Below are positions 40,937 through 54,646 of a stretch of 64,000 bases of DNA, in pieces. Each line of letters begins with the position of its first letter. Position 1 is the stretch's first letter. The position numbers and the translations under genes are program-made. This DNA comes from an uncultured bacterium (GTDB lineage: Bacteria; Margulisbacteria; WOR-1; CAVSGV01), in contig CAVYHE010000006.1 in the NCBI GenBank assembly GCA_963768305.1, positions 10,692 through 74,691 of the forward strand, given 5' to 3'. The notes under the pieces are model-generated. The model searched no databases. It was not told the origin of the DNA and saw only the letters and a list, made by a program, of their open reading frames with translations.

Positions 40937-42019
40937 ATGAGCCTATTCCTTCTCATTTTTCTTGTGTCTGCGGCATTGACCCTGATATTAACGCCTGCTG
41001 CCGGGAAATTGGCCGTTAAACTGGGAGCTGTTGACAGGCCCTCGAGAAGAAAGGTCCACAAGAATATCATCCCCAGGTTCGGCGGGCTTTCCATTTTCAT
41101 CAGTTTTATGATCACGGTGATAGCGGCGTTATTCCTTATAAACCAGTTCAGGGTACATTTGGTAGCTGATGAAATACTGGGTTTGAAAGGGATACTTTTC
41201 GGCGGGACGCTCATCGTATTGCTCGGGCTTTTCGACGACCTGAAGGGGATGCCGGCGCTGGTAAAGCTTGCCGGCCAGATAATCGCTTCAGGGATCGCGA
41301 CATATTTCGGGGTCAGCATACTTTTCATTTCAACTCCTTTTACTCACATCCTCAGGTTAGGCATATGGGCGGTCCCTTTAACCATAGTATGGATGGTCTC
41401 AATAACTAACGCGATCAATCTCATCGACGGCCTGGACGGGCTTGCTTCGGGCATTACGGCGATAGCCGCGGGAACATTATTCATTGTTGCGATAAAGATG
41501 GGACAGATGGATTCCGCCATTCTCCTCGCGGCCATTGCGGGCACATCGATCGGATTTTTGAGATTTAACTTTTTCCCCGCGTCGATATTCCTGGGCGATT
41601 CGGGTAGCCTTTTCTTCGGTTTCATGCTCGCATGCGCTTCAATTATCGGGGTCCTTAAAAGCACGCTGGTGATCGCCCTTTTGATCCCCATAGTGATACT
41701 TGCCATACCGATATATGACACGGCAACGGCGATAATCAGAAGGGCCGTTAAAGGCAGGTCCATTTTTGAGGCCGATAAAAAGCATCTTCATCACAGGCTG
41801 CTCAAGGCCGGGTTCAACCAGAGGCAGGTCGTTATAATGATATTCGGTGCCTGCTTGATCCTGTCAATGGCAGCCCTTGCGGCCACGATATTCGAGAATT
41901 ATCCCGCGCTGATATTCCTTTGCATGTTCGTCGTGCTTGGCATACTTGCGCTTGATTTTGCCAAAGATATATTAAGAAGCATCACGTTCCTCAATGGAGA
42001 TAACAAGCATGACGCATAA
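40937..42019 (+). CDS. glycosyltransferase family 4 (WecA/TagO/MraY-like) undecaprenyl-phosphate sugar-1-phosphate transferase
   Basis: 360-aa polytopic protein with NAINLIDGLDGLASG and FLGDSGSLFFGF motifs. Confidence 0.85.
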   Translation: MSLFLLIFLVSAALTLILTPAAGKLAVKLGAVDRPSRRKVHKNIIPRFGGLSIFISFMITVIAALFLINQFRVHLVADEILGLKGILFGGTLIVLLGLFDDLKGMPALVKLAGQIIASGIATYFGVSILFISTPFTHILRLGIWAVPLTIVWMVSITNAINLIDGLDGLASGITAIAAGTLFIVAIKMGQMDSAILLAAIAGTSIGFLRFNFFPASIFLGDSGSLFFGFMLACASIIGVLKSTLVIALLIPIVILAIPIYDTATAIIRRAVKGRSIFEADKKHLHHRLLKAGFNQRQVVIMIFGACLILSMAALAATIFENYPALIFLCMFVVLGILALDFAKDILRSITFLNGDNKHDA

Positions 42020-43193
42020 GAAGAGGGTACTTTTCGTTTTCGGCACGCGGCCGGAAGCCATAAAAATGGCGCCGGTCATAGCCGAAGCAAAAAAACATCC
42101 GGACTTTTTTGATCCTATCATCGCGGTCACCGGGCAGCACAGGGAAATGCTGGATCAAGTATTGAAAGTTTTCAATATCAGGCCCGATTATGACCTGATG
42201 GTGATGGAGCACGAACAGCAGGCCGTGTCTTCCATCGCATGCAAATGCCTGCAAGGGCTGGAAGAGGTCATCATAAGGGAGCATCCGAGCATCGTTGTCG
42301 TCCAAGGGGACACTTCCACGACTTTTGCTTCGTCGCTTGCCGCGTTCTACCAGCATGTTCCTCTCGCGCATGTGGAAGCGGGGCTCAGGACCGGGAAAAA
42401 ATATTATCCGTTCCCGGAAGAAATGAACAGGAAGCTCACAAGCTCGCTGGCGGACATCCATTTCGCGCCGACAGAGACGGCCGTTAAAAATCTTCTTGCC
42501 GAATCGGTCAACAGGTCGTCGATATATCTTACCGGCAACACTGTCATAGACGCGCTCCAGAAAATGGCAAAGAGATCGTTCGATCTGAAAAAGTCCGGCA
42601 TAGATATTAAAGAAAAAGGGAAGAAGCTGATTCTTGTCACCGTGCACAGGCGGGAAAGCTTCGGCGCACCCCTTAGAAGCATCTGTGAGGCGATAAAAAG
42701 GATCGCGCATAAGCACCGCGACGTCGCGACAGTGATACTTCCGGTCCACAGGAATCCCATTGTTTCCGAGACCGTCCATGAGATCCTGGGCGAGGCGGCG
42801 AACGTCCAGCTGATAAAGCCGCTTGATTACGAGCCATTCGTGCACCTGATGAAGAGCTGCCACATTATATTGACCGATTCCGGCGGGATACAGGAGGAAG
42901 CGCCGTCTCTTGGAGTGCCGGTCCTTGTCCTGCGCGAAGAAACAGAAAGGCCGGAAGCTGTCATTGCGAACACGGTAAAAGTTGTCGGCACAAGCACGGA
43001 AAACATCACTGCGGCGTTTGAAAAACTTTTGACGGATGAAAATGAATACAATAAGATGTCTAAAGCTGTGAACCCGTACGGCGACGGAAAAGCGTCGCAA
43101 AGGATCATCGCGGCGCTCATTCATTATTTTGGATTCATTGACGTGAGGCCCGTTGAATTTGACGCGTCAAAAGGTGCGGCGAAGATCAAATGA
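42009..43193 (+). CDS. wecB: UDP-N-acetylglucosamine 2-epimerase (non-hydrolysing)
   Basis: RVLFVFGTRPEAIKMAPV, VQGDTSTTF, HVEAGLRT and TDSGGIQEEAPSLGVPVLVLR. ATG 42009 is preferred; 41994 is an alternative. Confidence 0.9.
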   Translation: MTHKKRVLFVFGTRPEAIKMAPVIAEAKKHPDFFDPIIAVTGQHREMLDQVLKVFNIRPDYDLMVMEHEQQAVSSIACKCLQGLEEVIIREHPSIVVVQGDTSTTFASSLAAFYQHVPLAHVEAGLRTGKKYYPFPEEMNRKLTSSLADIHFAPTETAVKNLLAESVNRSSIYLTGNTVIDALQKMAKRSFDLKKSGIDIKEKGKKLILVTVHRRESFGAPLRSICEAIKRIAHKHRDVATVILPVHRNPIVSETVHEILGEAANVQLIKPLDYEPFVHLMKSCHIILTDSGGIQEEAPSLGVPVLVLREETERPEAVIANTVKVVGTSTENITAAFEKLLTDENEYNKMSKAVNPYGDGKASQRIIAALIHYFGFIDVRPVEFDASKGAAKIK

Positions 43194-43378
43194 TGAATTA
43201 CCTGAAATACATGAACCTCGGACTTATGATGGTGACGCCGGCCATGGTCGGGCTGTTGATAGGCGCGCTGCTCGACAGGGCTTTTAGATCGTCGCCTTTG
43301 TTCACGCTGATATTCCTTATCCTTGGTATTTTGTCCGGCATCTGGAGCATTTATAAATCGGTCAAGATATTGATCTAG
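43190..43378 (+). CDS. AtpZ/AtpI-like small membrane protein of the ATP synthase operon
   Basis: 62 aa, two TM helices, first gene of the atp operon, overlapping the wecB stop (ATGA). Confidence 0.55.
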   Translation: MMNYLKYMNLGLMMVTPAMVGLLIGALLDRAFRSSPLFTLIFLILGILSGIWSIYKSVKILI

Positions 43379-43388
43379 GGAGGGACTT

Positions 43389-44063
43389 TTGGAGACATTG
43401 CACATAGGCGTTCATCCGCAGTGGCAGGCGTTCGGCCTGATATTTCACGCCGATACTCTCATTTCCGCCTGGATAGTATCATTTATCCTTATCGCGTTCG
43501 CTGTATTCATCAGGATCGTGATCAGTATAAGACCCGGGTTGGTACAAAGTGCCGTCGAGCTGGGAGCGGAGAACCTTAACGGGTTGCTTATCGAACGGAT
43601 AGGTCAGAAAGGTTTAAAATATTTTCCTTTTATTGCGACCCTTTTCCTTTTCATAATAACTTCTAATTGGCTGGGGCTGCTTCCGTTCGAACTTAAGCCG
43701 CCGACGGCCGACCTTAATACAACAGCCGGATTGGCTTTATTGACAATAATCCTTGTACAGGTTTTCGGAATGATAGAAAAAGGCCCGATCATGTATTTCA
43801 AAAGATTCTTTGAACCGAACCCGGTCTTTTTTCCGCTTAACGTTATCGAGGAACTTGCAAAGCCTGTTTCACTTTCTATCAGGCTTTTCGGCAATATTTT
43901 CAGCAAGGAAACCATAATTGTGATATTATGCGGCCTTGTTGCCCTCCCTTTGTTCTATCCAATACCGATACTGGCGTTGAGCTTGCTGATAGGAGCGATA
44001 CAGGCGTATATTTTCATGCTTTTGGCGGTATTTTACATATCAATGGCTTTGGAAGGCCACTGA
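43389..44063 (+). CDS. atpB: F0F1 ATP synthase subunit a
   Basis: LSIRLFGNIFSKE (conserved Arg) and LLIGAIQAYIFMLL. TTG start. Confidence 0.9.
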   Translation: METLHIGVHPQWQAFGLIFHADTLISAWIVSFILIAFAVFIRIVISIRPGLVQSAVELGAENLNGLLIERIGQKGLKYFPFIATLFLFIITSNWLGLLPFELKPPTADLNTTAGLALLTIILVQVFGMIEKGPIMYFKRFFEPNPVFFPLNVIEELAKPVSLSIRLFGNIFSKETIIVILCGLVALPLFYPIPILALSLLIGAIQAYIFMLLAVFYISMALEGH

Positions 44064-44084
44064 TTTTATAAAGGAGGTGTTTTT

Positions 44085-44324
44085 GTGACGATACAGATGA
44101 TCTCAGTTATCGGCGCGGCGTTCGGGCTGGCGATAGCGGCGTTCGGCTCCGCCCTTGCTCAGGGCTTCGCGACAGGCAAAGCGGTGGAAGGGATATCGCG
44201 CCAGCCGGAAGCCAGAGGGCCCATCATGTCGGCTCTCATCATAGGGATGTCTTTCATAGAGTCCCTGACCCTTTACGCATTGCTTATCGCGATCATATTG
44301 ATATTTGTGAACCCATTCAAGTAA
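44085..44324 (+). CDS. atpE: F0F1 ATP synthase subunit c
   Basis: Hairpin protein with the GKAVEGISRQPEA loop and an ion-binding Glu in SFIESLTLY. GTG start after AAAGGAGG. Confidence 0.9.
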   Translation: MTIQMISVIGAAFGLAIAAFGSALAQGFATGKAVEGISRQPEARGPIMSALIIGMSFIESLTLYALLIAIILIFVNPFK

Positions 44325-44412
44325 AGGAGGAGCTTACAGCTGACGGCAAACAGCTTACGGCTAACTGCCGTTTGCCGTAGTCCGAAGGACGTGCTGTAAG
44401 CCGTAAGCTAGT
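44325..44412 (+). promoter_or_regulatory. structured atpE-atpF intergenic RNA element: stranded SD plus a 70-nt three-way junction or pseudoknot
   Basis: AGGAGG lies at 44325-30. Stem A pairs 44332-40 with 44393-401 (9 bp). Stem B pairs 44343-51 with 44370-78 (9 bp). Hairpin C is 44380-90 (GTCC-GAA-GGAC). An alternative 10-bp pairing joins 44352-61 to 44400-09, just upstream of ATG 44413. Confidence 0.45.
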
Positions 44413-44892
44413 ATGTTAACTATCAACGGAACTTTAATAGCTATAGTCATAAACTTCATCATTTTGGTTTATGTGCTTAATTATTTCATGTATGAGCCGA
44501 TAAAGAAGGTCCTGAACGACAGGAAGGCGGATGTGAACAGGATGCTTTCGGAAGCGGAGGTAAAGATGACCACCGCACAGACTTTCATTGAGAACGGCAG
44601 GGAAGCGATAAACGCGGCCAATACATCCGCAAAAGAACTTATTGACCAGGCATCCGCGGCAGCAGAAAAGATCAGGACCGAAATGCTTGCCGACGCGAAA
44701 AAAGAAGTTGATGAACACAAGGACAGGGCGAAAGAGGAGATAAGGCAGATGAAGCTGGATGCGAAAAGGTCCGTTGCTGACGAAGCGGCCCGACTCTCAG
44801 TGGTTATAGCGGAAAAGATAATAATGAAAAAGATCGACAGGAAGACGCAGAGAACAATGGCTGATAAATTCATCGGGAAGGTCAGATTCTAA
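44413..44892 (+). CDS. atpF: F0F1 ATP synthase subunit b
   Basis: N-terminal TM helix followed by a long charged helix, in the expected operon position. There is no SD within 20 nt of the ATG. Confidence 0.85.
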   Translation: MLTINGTLIAIVINFIILVYVLNYFMYEPIKKVLNDRKADVNRMLSEAEVKMTTAQTFIENGREAINAANTSAKELIDQASAAAEKIRTEMLADAKKEVDEHKDRAKEEIRQMKLDAKRSVADEAARLSVVIAEKIIMKKIDRKTQRTMADKFIGKVRF

Positions 44893-44893
44893 T

Positions 44894-45403
44894 ATGATAG
44901 CAAGAAGATACGCTAGGGCGCTGCTCTCATCTGCGCTGAAAGAAGGCGCGGCTGAATCAGTAAAAAAGGAACTATCCGCTCTTGCGGGCCTTATGAAACA
45001 TGGAAAATATTTCAATTTTTTCACCAGCAGATCGGTCCGGCCGGATGAAAAACTTGAAATGTTCTCGTCATTCAGCCCGCTTATGAAGGCGTTCCTGAGG
45101 GTCGTAATCGACAATAAAAGAGAAGAGGACATTTGCCTTATTTCCTGCGAATATGCGGAGCTTTTGAATTTACGGAACAATATTCTTGAGGCGACAGTTT
45201 CGTCCAGGCAGCCGCTGACGGAAGAACAAATGGCAACGATCAAAAGGAAACTTGCAAGAGGCACAGGCAAGAAGATCGACATAAGCTGCAAAGCCGACAA
45301 GAGCATAATCGGCGGCGTGAAGATAAAATACGGCAGCAAGGTGATTGACGGGACCGTTTCGGGGATGCTGGAAGGTTACTTGAACAGGCTTACAAGGAGA
45401 TGA
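44894..45403 (+). CDS. atpH: F0F1 ATP synthase subunit delta
   Basis: [10 protein letters not shown] start and C-terminal [22 protein letters not shown] (OSCP family). Confidence 0.8.
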   Translation: MIARRYARALLSSALKEGAAESVKKELSALAGLMKHGKYFNFFTSRSVRPDEKLEMFSSFSPLMKAFLRVVIDNKREEDICLISCEYAELLNLRNNILEATVSSRQPLTEEQMATIKRKLARGTGKKIDISCKADKSIIGGVKIKYGSKVIDGTVSGMLEGYLNRLTRR

Positions 45404-45404
45404 A

Positions 45405-46910
45405 ATGCTGAAGGAAGAAATTAGCAAGCTTCTGCAAAAGAAGATCGACTCATATAAAGGCGTGATCAAAGAAGAGGATACCGGAGAGGTCGTTTCATCC
45501 GGCGACGGGGTTGCCATATTGACGGGGCTGAACGGCGCCAAGGTTTCTGAGATCCTTGAATTCGAAAGCGGCACAAAAGGCATAGTACTTAACCTGATGG
45601 AAGACCATATCGGCTGCATTGTGATGGGCAATGTCCGCAGTGTTAAGGAAAGCCAGAAGGTCAAATGCACGGGTACCATTGCCGGAGTGCCGGTGGGCAA
45701 AGGGCTTCTGGGGCGCGTCGTGAATGCATTGGGCGAACCCATAGACGGCAAAGGCGCCATTTTCACTAACGAAAGAAGGAACATAGAATTCCTCGCTCCA
45801 TCGGTCGTCGACAGGCAGCCCGTGAGAGAGCCGCTTCAGACAGGGATAAAAGCCATCGATTCCATGATCCCCATAGGAAGAGGGCAGAGAGAATTGATAA
45901 TCGGCGACAGGCAGACGGGAAAGACTGCGATAGCTGTTGATACGATAATCAACCAGAAAAAGGAAAATGTTAAATGTATTTATGTGGCCATCGGCCAGAA
46001 AATGTCAACGATATCATCGATATATGAAATTTTAGAGGACGCCGGCGCAATGGAATATACCACTATCGTCGCCGCGCCTGCTGATGCGCCCCCGTCGCTG
46101 CAGTACCTGGCTCCATATTCCGGCTGCGCGATGGGCGAGTATTACATGTATAAGGGCGAACATGCCCTGGTCATATATGACGATCTTTCAAAGCACGCGG
46201 CGGCATACAGGGAGCTGTCATTATTGCTCAGGCGTCCGCCGGGAAGGGAAGCTTACCCCGGGGATATTTTCTATCTTCATTCCAGGCTCCTTGAAAGGGC
46301 CGCGAAACTTTCGGACGCGATGGGCGGCGGATCTCTTACGGCGCTTCCGGTCGTTGAAACCCTCGCGGCTGACATATCAGCTTACATCCCGACGAACGTC
46401 ATCTCGATCACTGACGGCCAGATATATCTTGAAAGTGAATTGTTCTATTCCGGCATCCGTCCCGCTATCAACGCCGGCCTTTCCGTATCAAGGGTTGGCG
46501 GTTCGGCGCAGATCAAAGCGATGAAGCAGGTCGCTGCCAGATTGAGACTGGACCTCGCGCAGTACAGGGACCTGGTGGCGTTCGCGCAGTTCGCGTCGGA
46601 CCTGGACCAGGCGACGAGGAATCAGCTTATAATGGGAGAGCGCCTGACGGAAGTCCTGGTGCAAGGTCAATACGCGCCGATGGACATAGCGCACCAGGTA
46701 GCCGCGATCTTCGCGGGAATAAGGGGATATCTGGACGACCTGAAAAAAGAAGATGTCAGGAAGTTCGAATCCGGCTTCCTTAAATATCTGGATTCATATT
46801 GCCATGACACGCTGATGAACATCAGGACAGAAAAACTGGTAAGCGTGGCGTCCGAGAAAAAACTGGTGGAAGCTCTCGAGAAATATAAAAATCTGTTCAG
46901 GAGCAAATAA
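45405..46910 (+). CDS. atpA: F0F1 ATP synthase subunit alpha
   Basis: GDRQTGKTA Walker A and full-length conservation (501 aa). Confidence 0.95.
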   Translation: MLKEEISKLLQKKIDSYKGVIKEEDTGEVVSSGDGVAILTGLNGAKVSEILEFESGTKGIVLNLMEDHIGCIVMGNVRSVKESQKVKCTGTIAGVPVGKGLLGRVVNALGEPIDGKGAIFTNERRNIEFLAPSVVDRQPVREPLQTGIKAIDSMIPIGRGQRELIIGDRQTGKTAIAVDTIINQKKENVKCIYVAIGQKMSTISSIYEILEDAGAMEYTTIVAAPADAPPSLQYLAPYSGCAMGEYYMYKGEHALVIYDDLSKHAAAYRELSLLLRRPPGREAYPGDIFYLHSRLLERAAKLSDAMGGGSLTALPVVETLAADISAYIPTNVISITDGQIYLESELFYSGIRPAINAGLSVSRVGGSAQIKAMKQVAARLRLDLAQYRDLVAFAQFASDLDQATRNQLIMGERLTEVLVQGQYAPMDIAHQVAAIFAGIRGYLDDLKKEDVRKFESGFLKYLDSYCHDTLMNIRTEKLVSVASEKKLVEALEKYKNLFRSK

Positions 46911-49548
<2,638 letters not shown>

Positions 49549-50823
49549 ATGAGAAAAGCTCTTGTGACCGGCGGGAAAAGGCTTAGCGGGACCGTGTCCA
49601 TTTCCGGTTCGAAGAACGCGGCGCTTCCTCTGCTGGCGGCGACCATCCTTCTCCACGGAGAAACGACATTTACGAACATCCCGAATCTCCTGGACGTAAT
49701 AACCATGATAAGAGTGCTTCGCACGCTTGGGCTGAGAGCCGAATATTTCGAGCCGGATACTGTAAAGGTCTATACGAACGATTCCGTTAAGCATGTGGCA
49801 CCCTATGAGCTTGTCACGAAAATGAGGGCGTCATTCTTCATCATAGGCCCTATACTTGCAAGGAACGGCCTTGCAAAGGTACCTCTTCCCGGCGGGTGCA
49901 ACATCGGCTCGCGTCCGGTCAATCTTCACATAAAAGGACTTGAGGCTTTAGGCGCGCATATCAGCATGGAACACGGTTTTGTCGTGGCAAAGGCCGGCAA
50001 ATTAAAAGGCTGCGAAAATTTATCTGGATTTCCCGTCCGTTGGCGCGACCGAGACGATAATGATGGCGGCGGCGTGCGCGGAAGGCGAAACACTGCTTGA
50101 GAACGCCGCGCAGGAGCCGGAGATAGCCGACCTTGCGGCGTTCCTTAACAGATGCGGCGCGCACATAGAGGGTGCCGGAAAGGATACAATAAGGATTGCA
50201 GGGGTCGGTAAATTAAAAGGCGTCGAATACAGAGTAATGCCGGACAGGATAGAAGCCAGCACTCTTATGGTAGCGGGAGCCATCACAAAAGGGGACATAA
50301 CTTTAAAAGGGGTCGTGGAGCAGCATGTGGAGCCCGTCATAAGGAAGCTTCAGGACGCGGGAGTGGAGGTCACAGTATCAGGAGATCAGATCAAGATAAA
50401 GGTCAAGGACGGCTTAAAAGCTATAGATGTTAAGACAATGCCTTATCCGGGATTTCCCACCGATGCCCAGCCGCAATTCACTTCGCTTGATGAGCATTGC
50501 GACCGGCACTTCCGTCATCACGGAAACCGTTTTTGAGAACAGGTTCATGCATGTTCACGAGCTGAAAAGGATGGGAGCGGATATCCAGATAGAGGGCCAG
50601 AGCGCGATAATAAACGGGCGTCAAGAAACTTTCCGGCTGCCCTGTGCGGGCGTCGGACCTGAGGGCGGGCGCGGCGCTTGTTCTGGCGGGGCTCGCGGCG
50701 GAAGGCGAAACATTAGTTGACGATGTCGAGAGGTTCATCGAGAGAGGATATGAAAATCTGATAGGTAAACTTACATCGCTGGGCGGGAACGTAAAAGAGA
50801 TCAATGGAACCAATAATCAATAA
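49549..50823 (+). pseudogene. murA: UDP-N-acetylglucosamine 1-carboxyvinyltransferase, interrupted by three single-base insertions (probable consensus errors)
   Basis: Four colinear pieces occupy successive +1 frames: SISGSKNAALPLLAA... / IYLDFPSVGATETIMMAAACAEGETLL... / [32 protein letters not shown]... / [46 protein letters not shown]. The breaks are at 50015-18, 50489 and 50616-18. Confidence 0.9.
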
Positions 50824-51193
50824 CTTGAGCGGAATGAGGATAGACAGTTCATTCATTAAAAGATTGACGGATAGATTCAAAGATAAATGGATAGTAAGCT
50901 TCAGTTTCGTTAAAAAAGCGGAAATGAAAAGATTGAACGGAACATACAGGAAAAAGAGCGGGCCTACCGATGTCCTTTCATTCTCAATGAAGGAAGGCCG
51001 CCTGCTCGGCGATGTTGTAATATGCCCGGCTGTAGCAAAGGTCAATGCAAAGGAATACGGGGTATCATTGAAATATGAGCTTACCCGATTGGCCGCGCAC
51101 GGGATGCTTCATCTTCTCGGATATGACCACGGAAAAAAAATGTTCGATCTTCAGGATCGATTAACCTGCCTAACGGCAGGCAAACGGAGGTGA
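50804..51193 (+). CDS. ybeY: rRNA maturation RNase YbeY
   Basis: GPTDVLSF and [11 protein letters not shown] zinc-binding motif; 129 aa. Confidence 0.85.
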   Translation: MEPIINNLSGMRIDSSFIKRLTDRFKDKWIVSFSFVKKAEMKRLNGTYRKKSGPTDVLSFSMKEGRLLGDVVICPAVAKVNAKEYGVSLKYELTRLAAHGMLHLLGYDHGKKMFDLQDRLTCLTAGKRR

Positions 51194-51198
51194 TATAA

Positions 51199-51561
51199 AT
51201 GCCCAGGAAATTCGTTCAAAGCCTTGGATACGCGCAAAAAGGGATCCGCCATTCTATCAAGTCACAGAGGAATATAAGGATACATTTTACGGTCGCGGCA
51301 TTGACCGTAGCTCTCGGATTTTATTTCCGGCTCAGCCTGATCGAATTTATTTTTATTGCGATCATGATCAGCATGGTCATTGTCGCGGAAATGTTGAATA
51401 CGGCCATTGAAGAGACCGTCAATCTGTTCACCCCCGGGCATCATCCCCGCGCAACTTTAGCGAAAGATACCGCCGCCGGGGCGGTGCTATTTTCCGTCAT
51501 TTGTGCTATAATCGTCGGCTGTTTGATTTTCATCCCGCATCTGGCCGGGCTAGGGAGATAA
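51199..51561 (+). CDS. dgkA: diacylglycerol/undecaprenol kinase (DgkA family)
   Basis: 120 aa, three TM helices, EMLNTAIEETVN and AKDTAAGAVL motifs. Confidence 0.8.
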   Translation: MPRKFVQSLGYAQKGIRHSIKSQRNIRIHFTVAALTVALGFYFRLSLIEFIFIAIMISMVIVAEMLNTAIEETVNLFTPGHHPRATLAKDTAAGAVLFSVICAIIVGCLIFIPHLAGLGR

Positions 51562-51563
51562 GC

Positions 51564-54512
<2,949 letters not shown>

Positions 54513-54646
54513 TTGCCGGTCTCCGTCCCTTTACCCTCATTTCCCCTGTTTTTCACCCAAAAATAGTTATCCGACAAAGTGAAATTTTTCATTGTAATTG
54601 TCGATAAACATTAGAAGAAAGATCGTTTTAATAGGAGGATATCTAC

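Noticed and set aside
41991-43124. A 377-aa ORF antisense to wecB.
   Set aside because: It is Arg-rich and low-complexity and fully overlaps a strongly conserved sense gene, so it is a shadow ORF.
44325-44400. A possible small ORF served by the stranded AGGAGG after atpE (CTG ACG GCA ... CTG TAA, 19 codons plus the stop).
   Set aside because: There is no ATG, GTG or TTG at a suitable distance, and the region is better explained as RNA structure.
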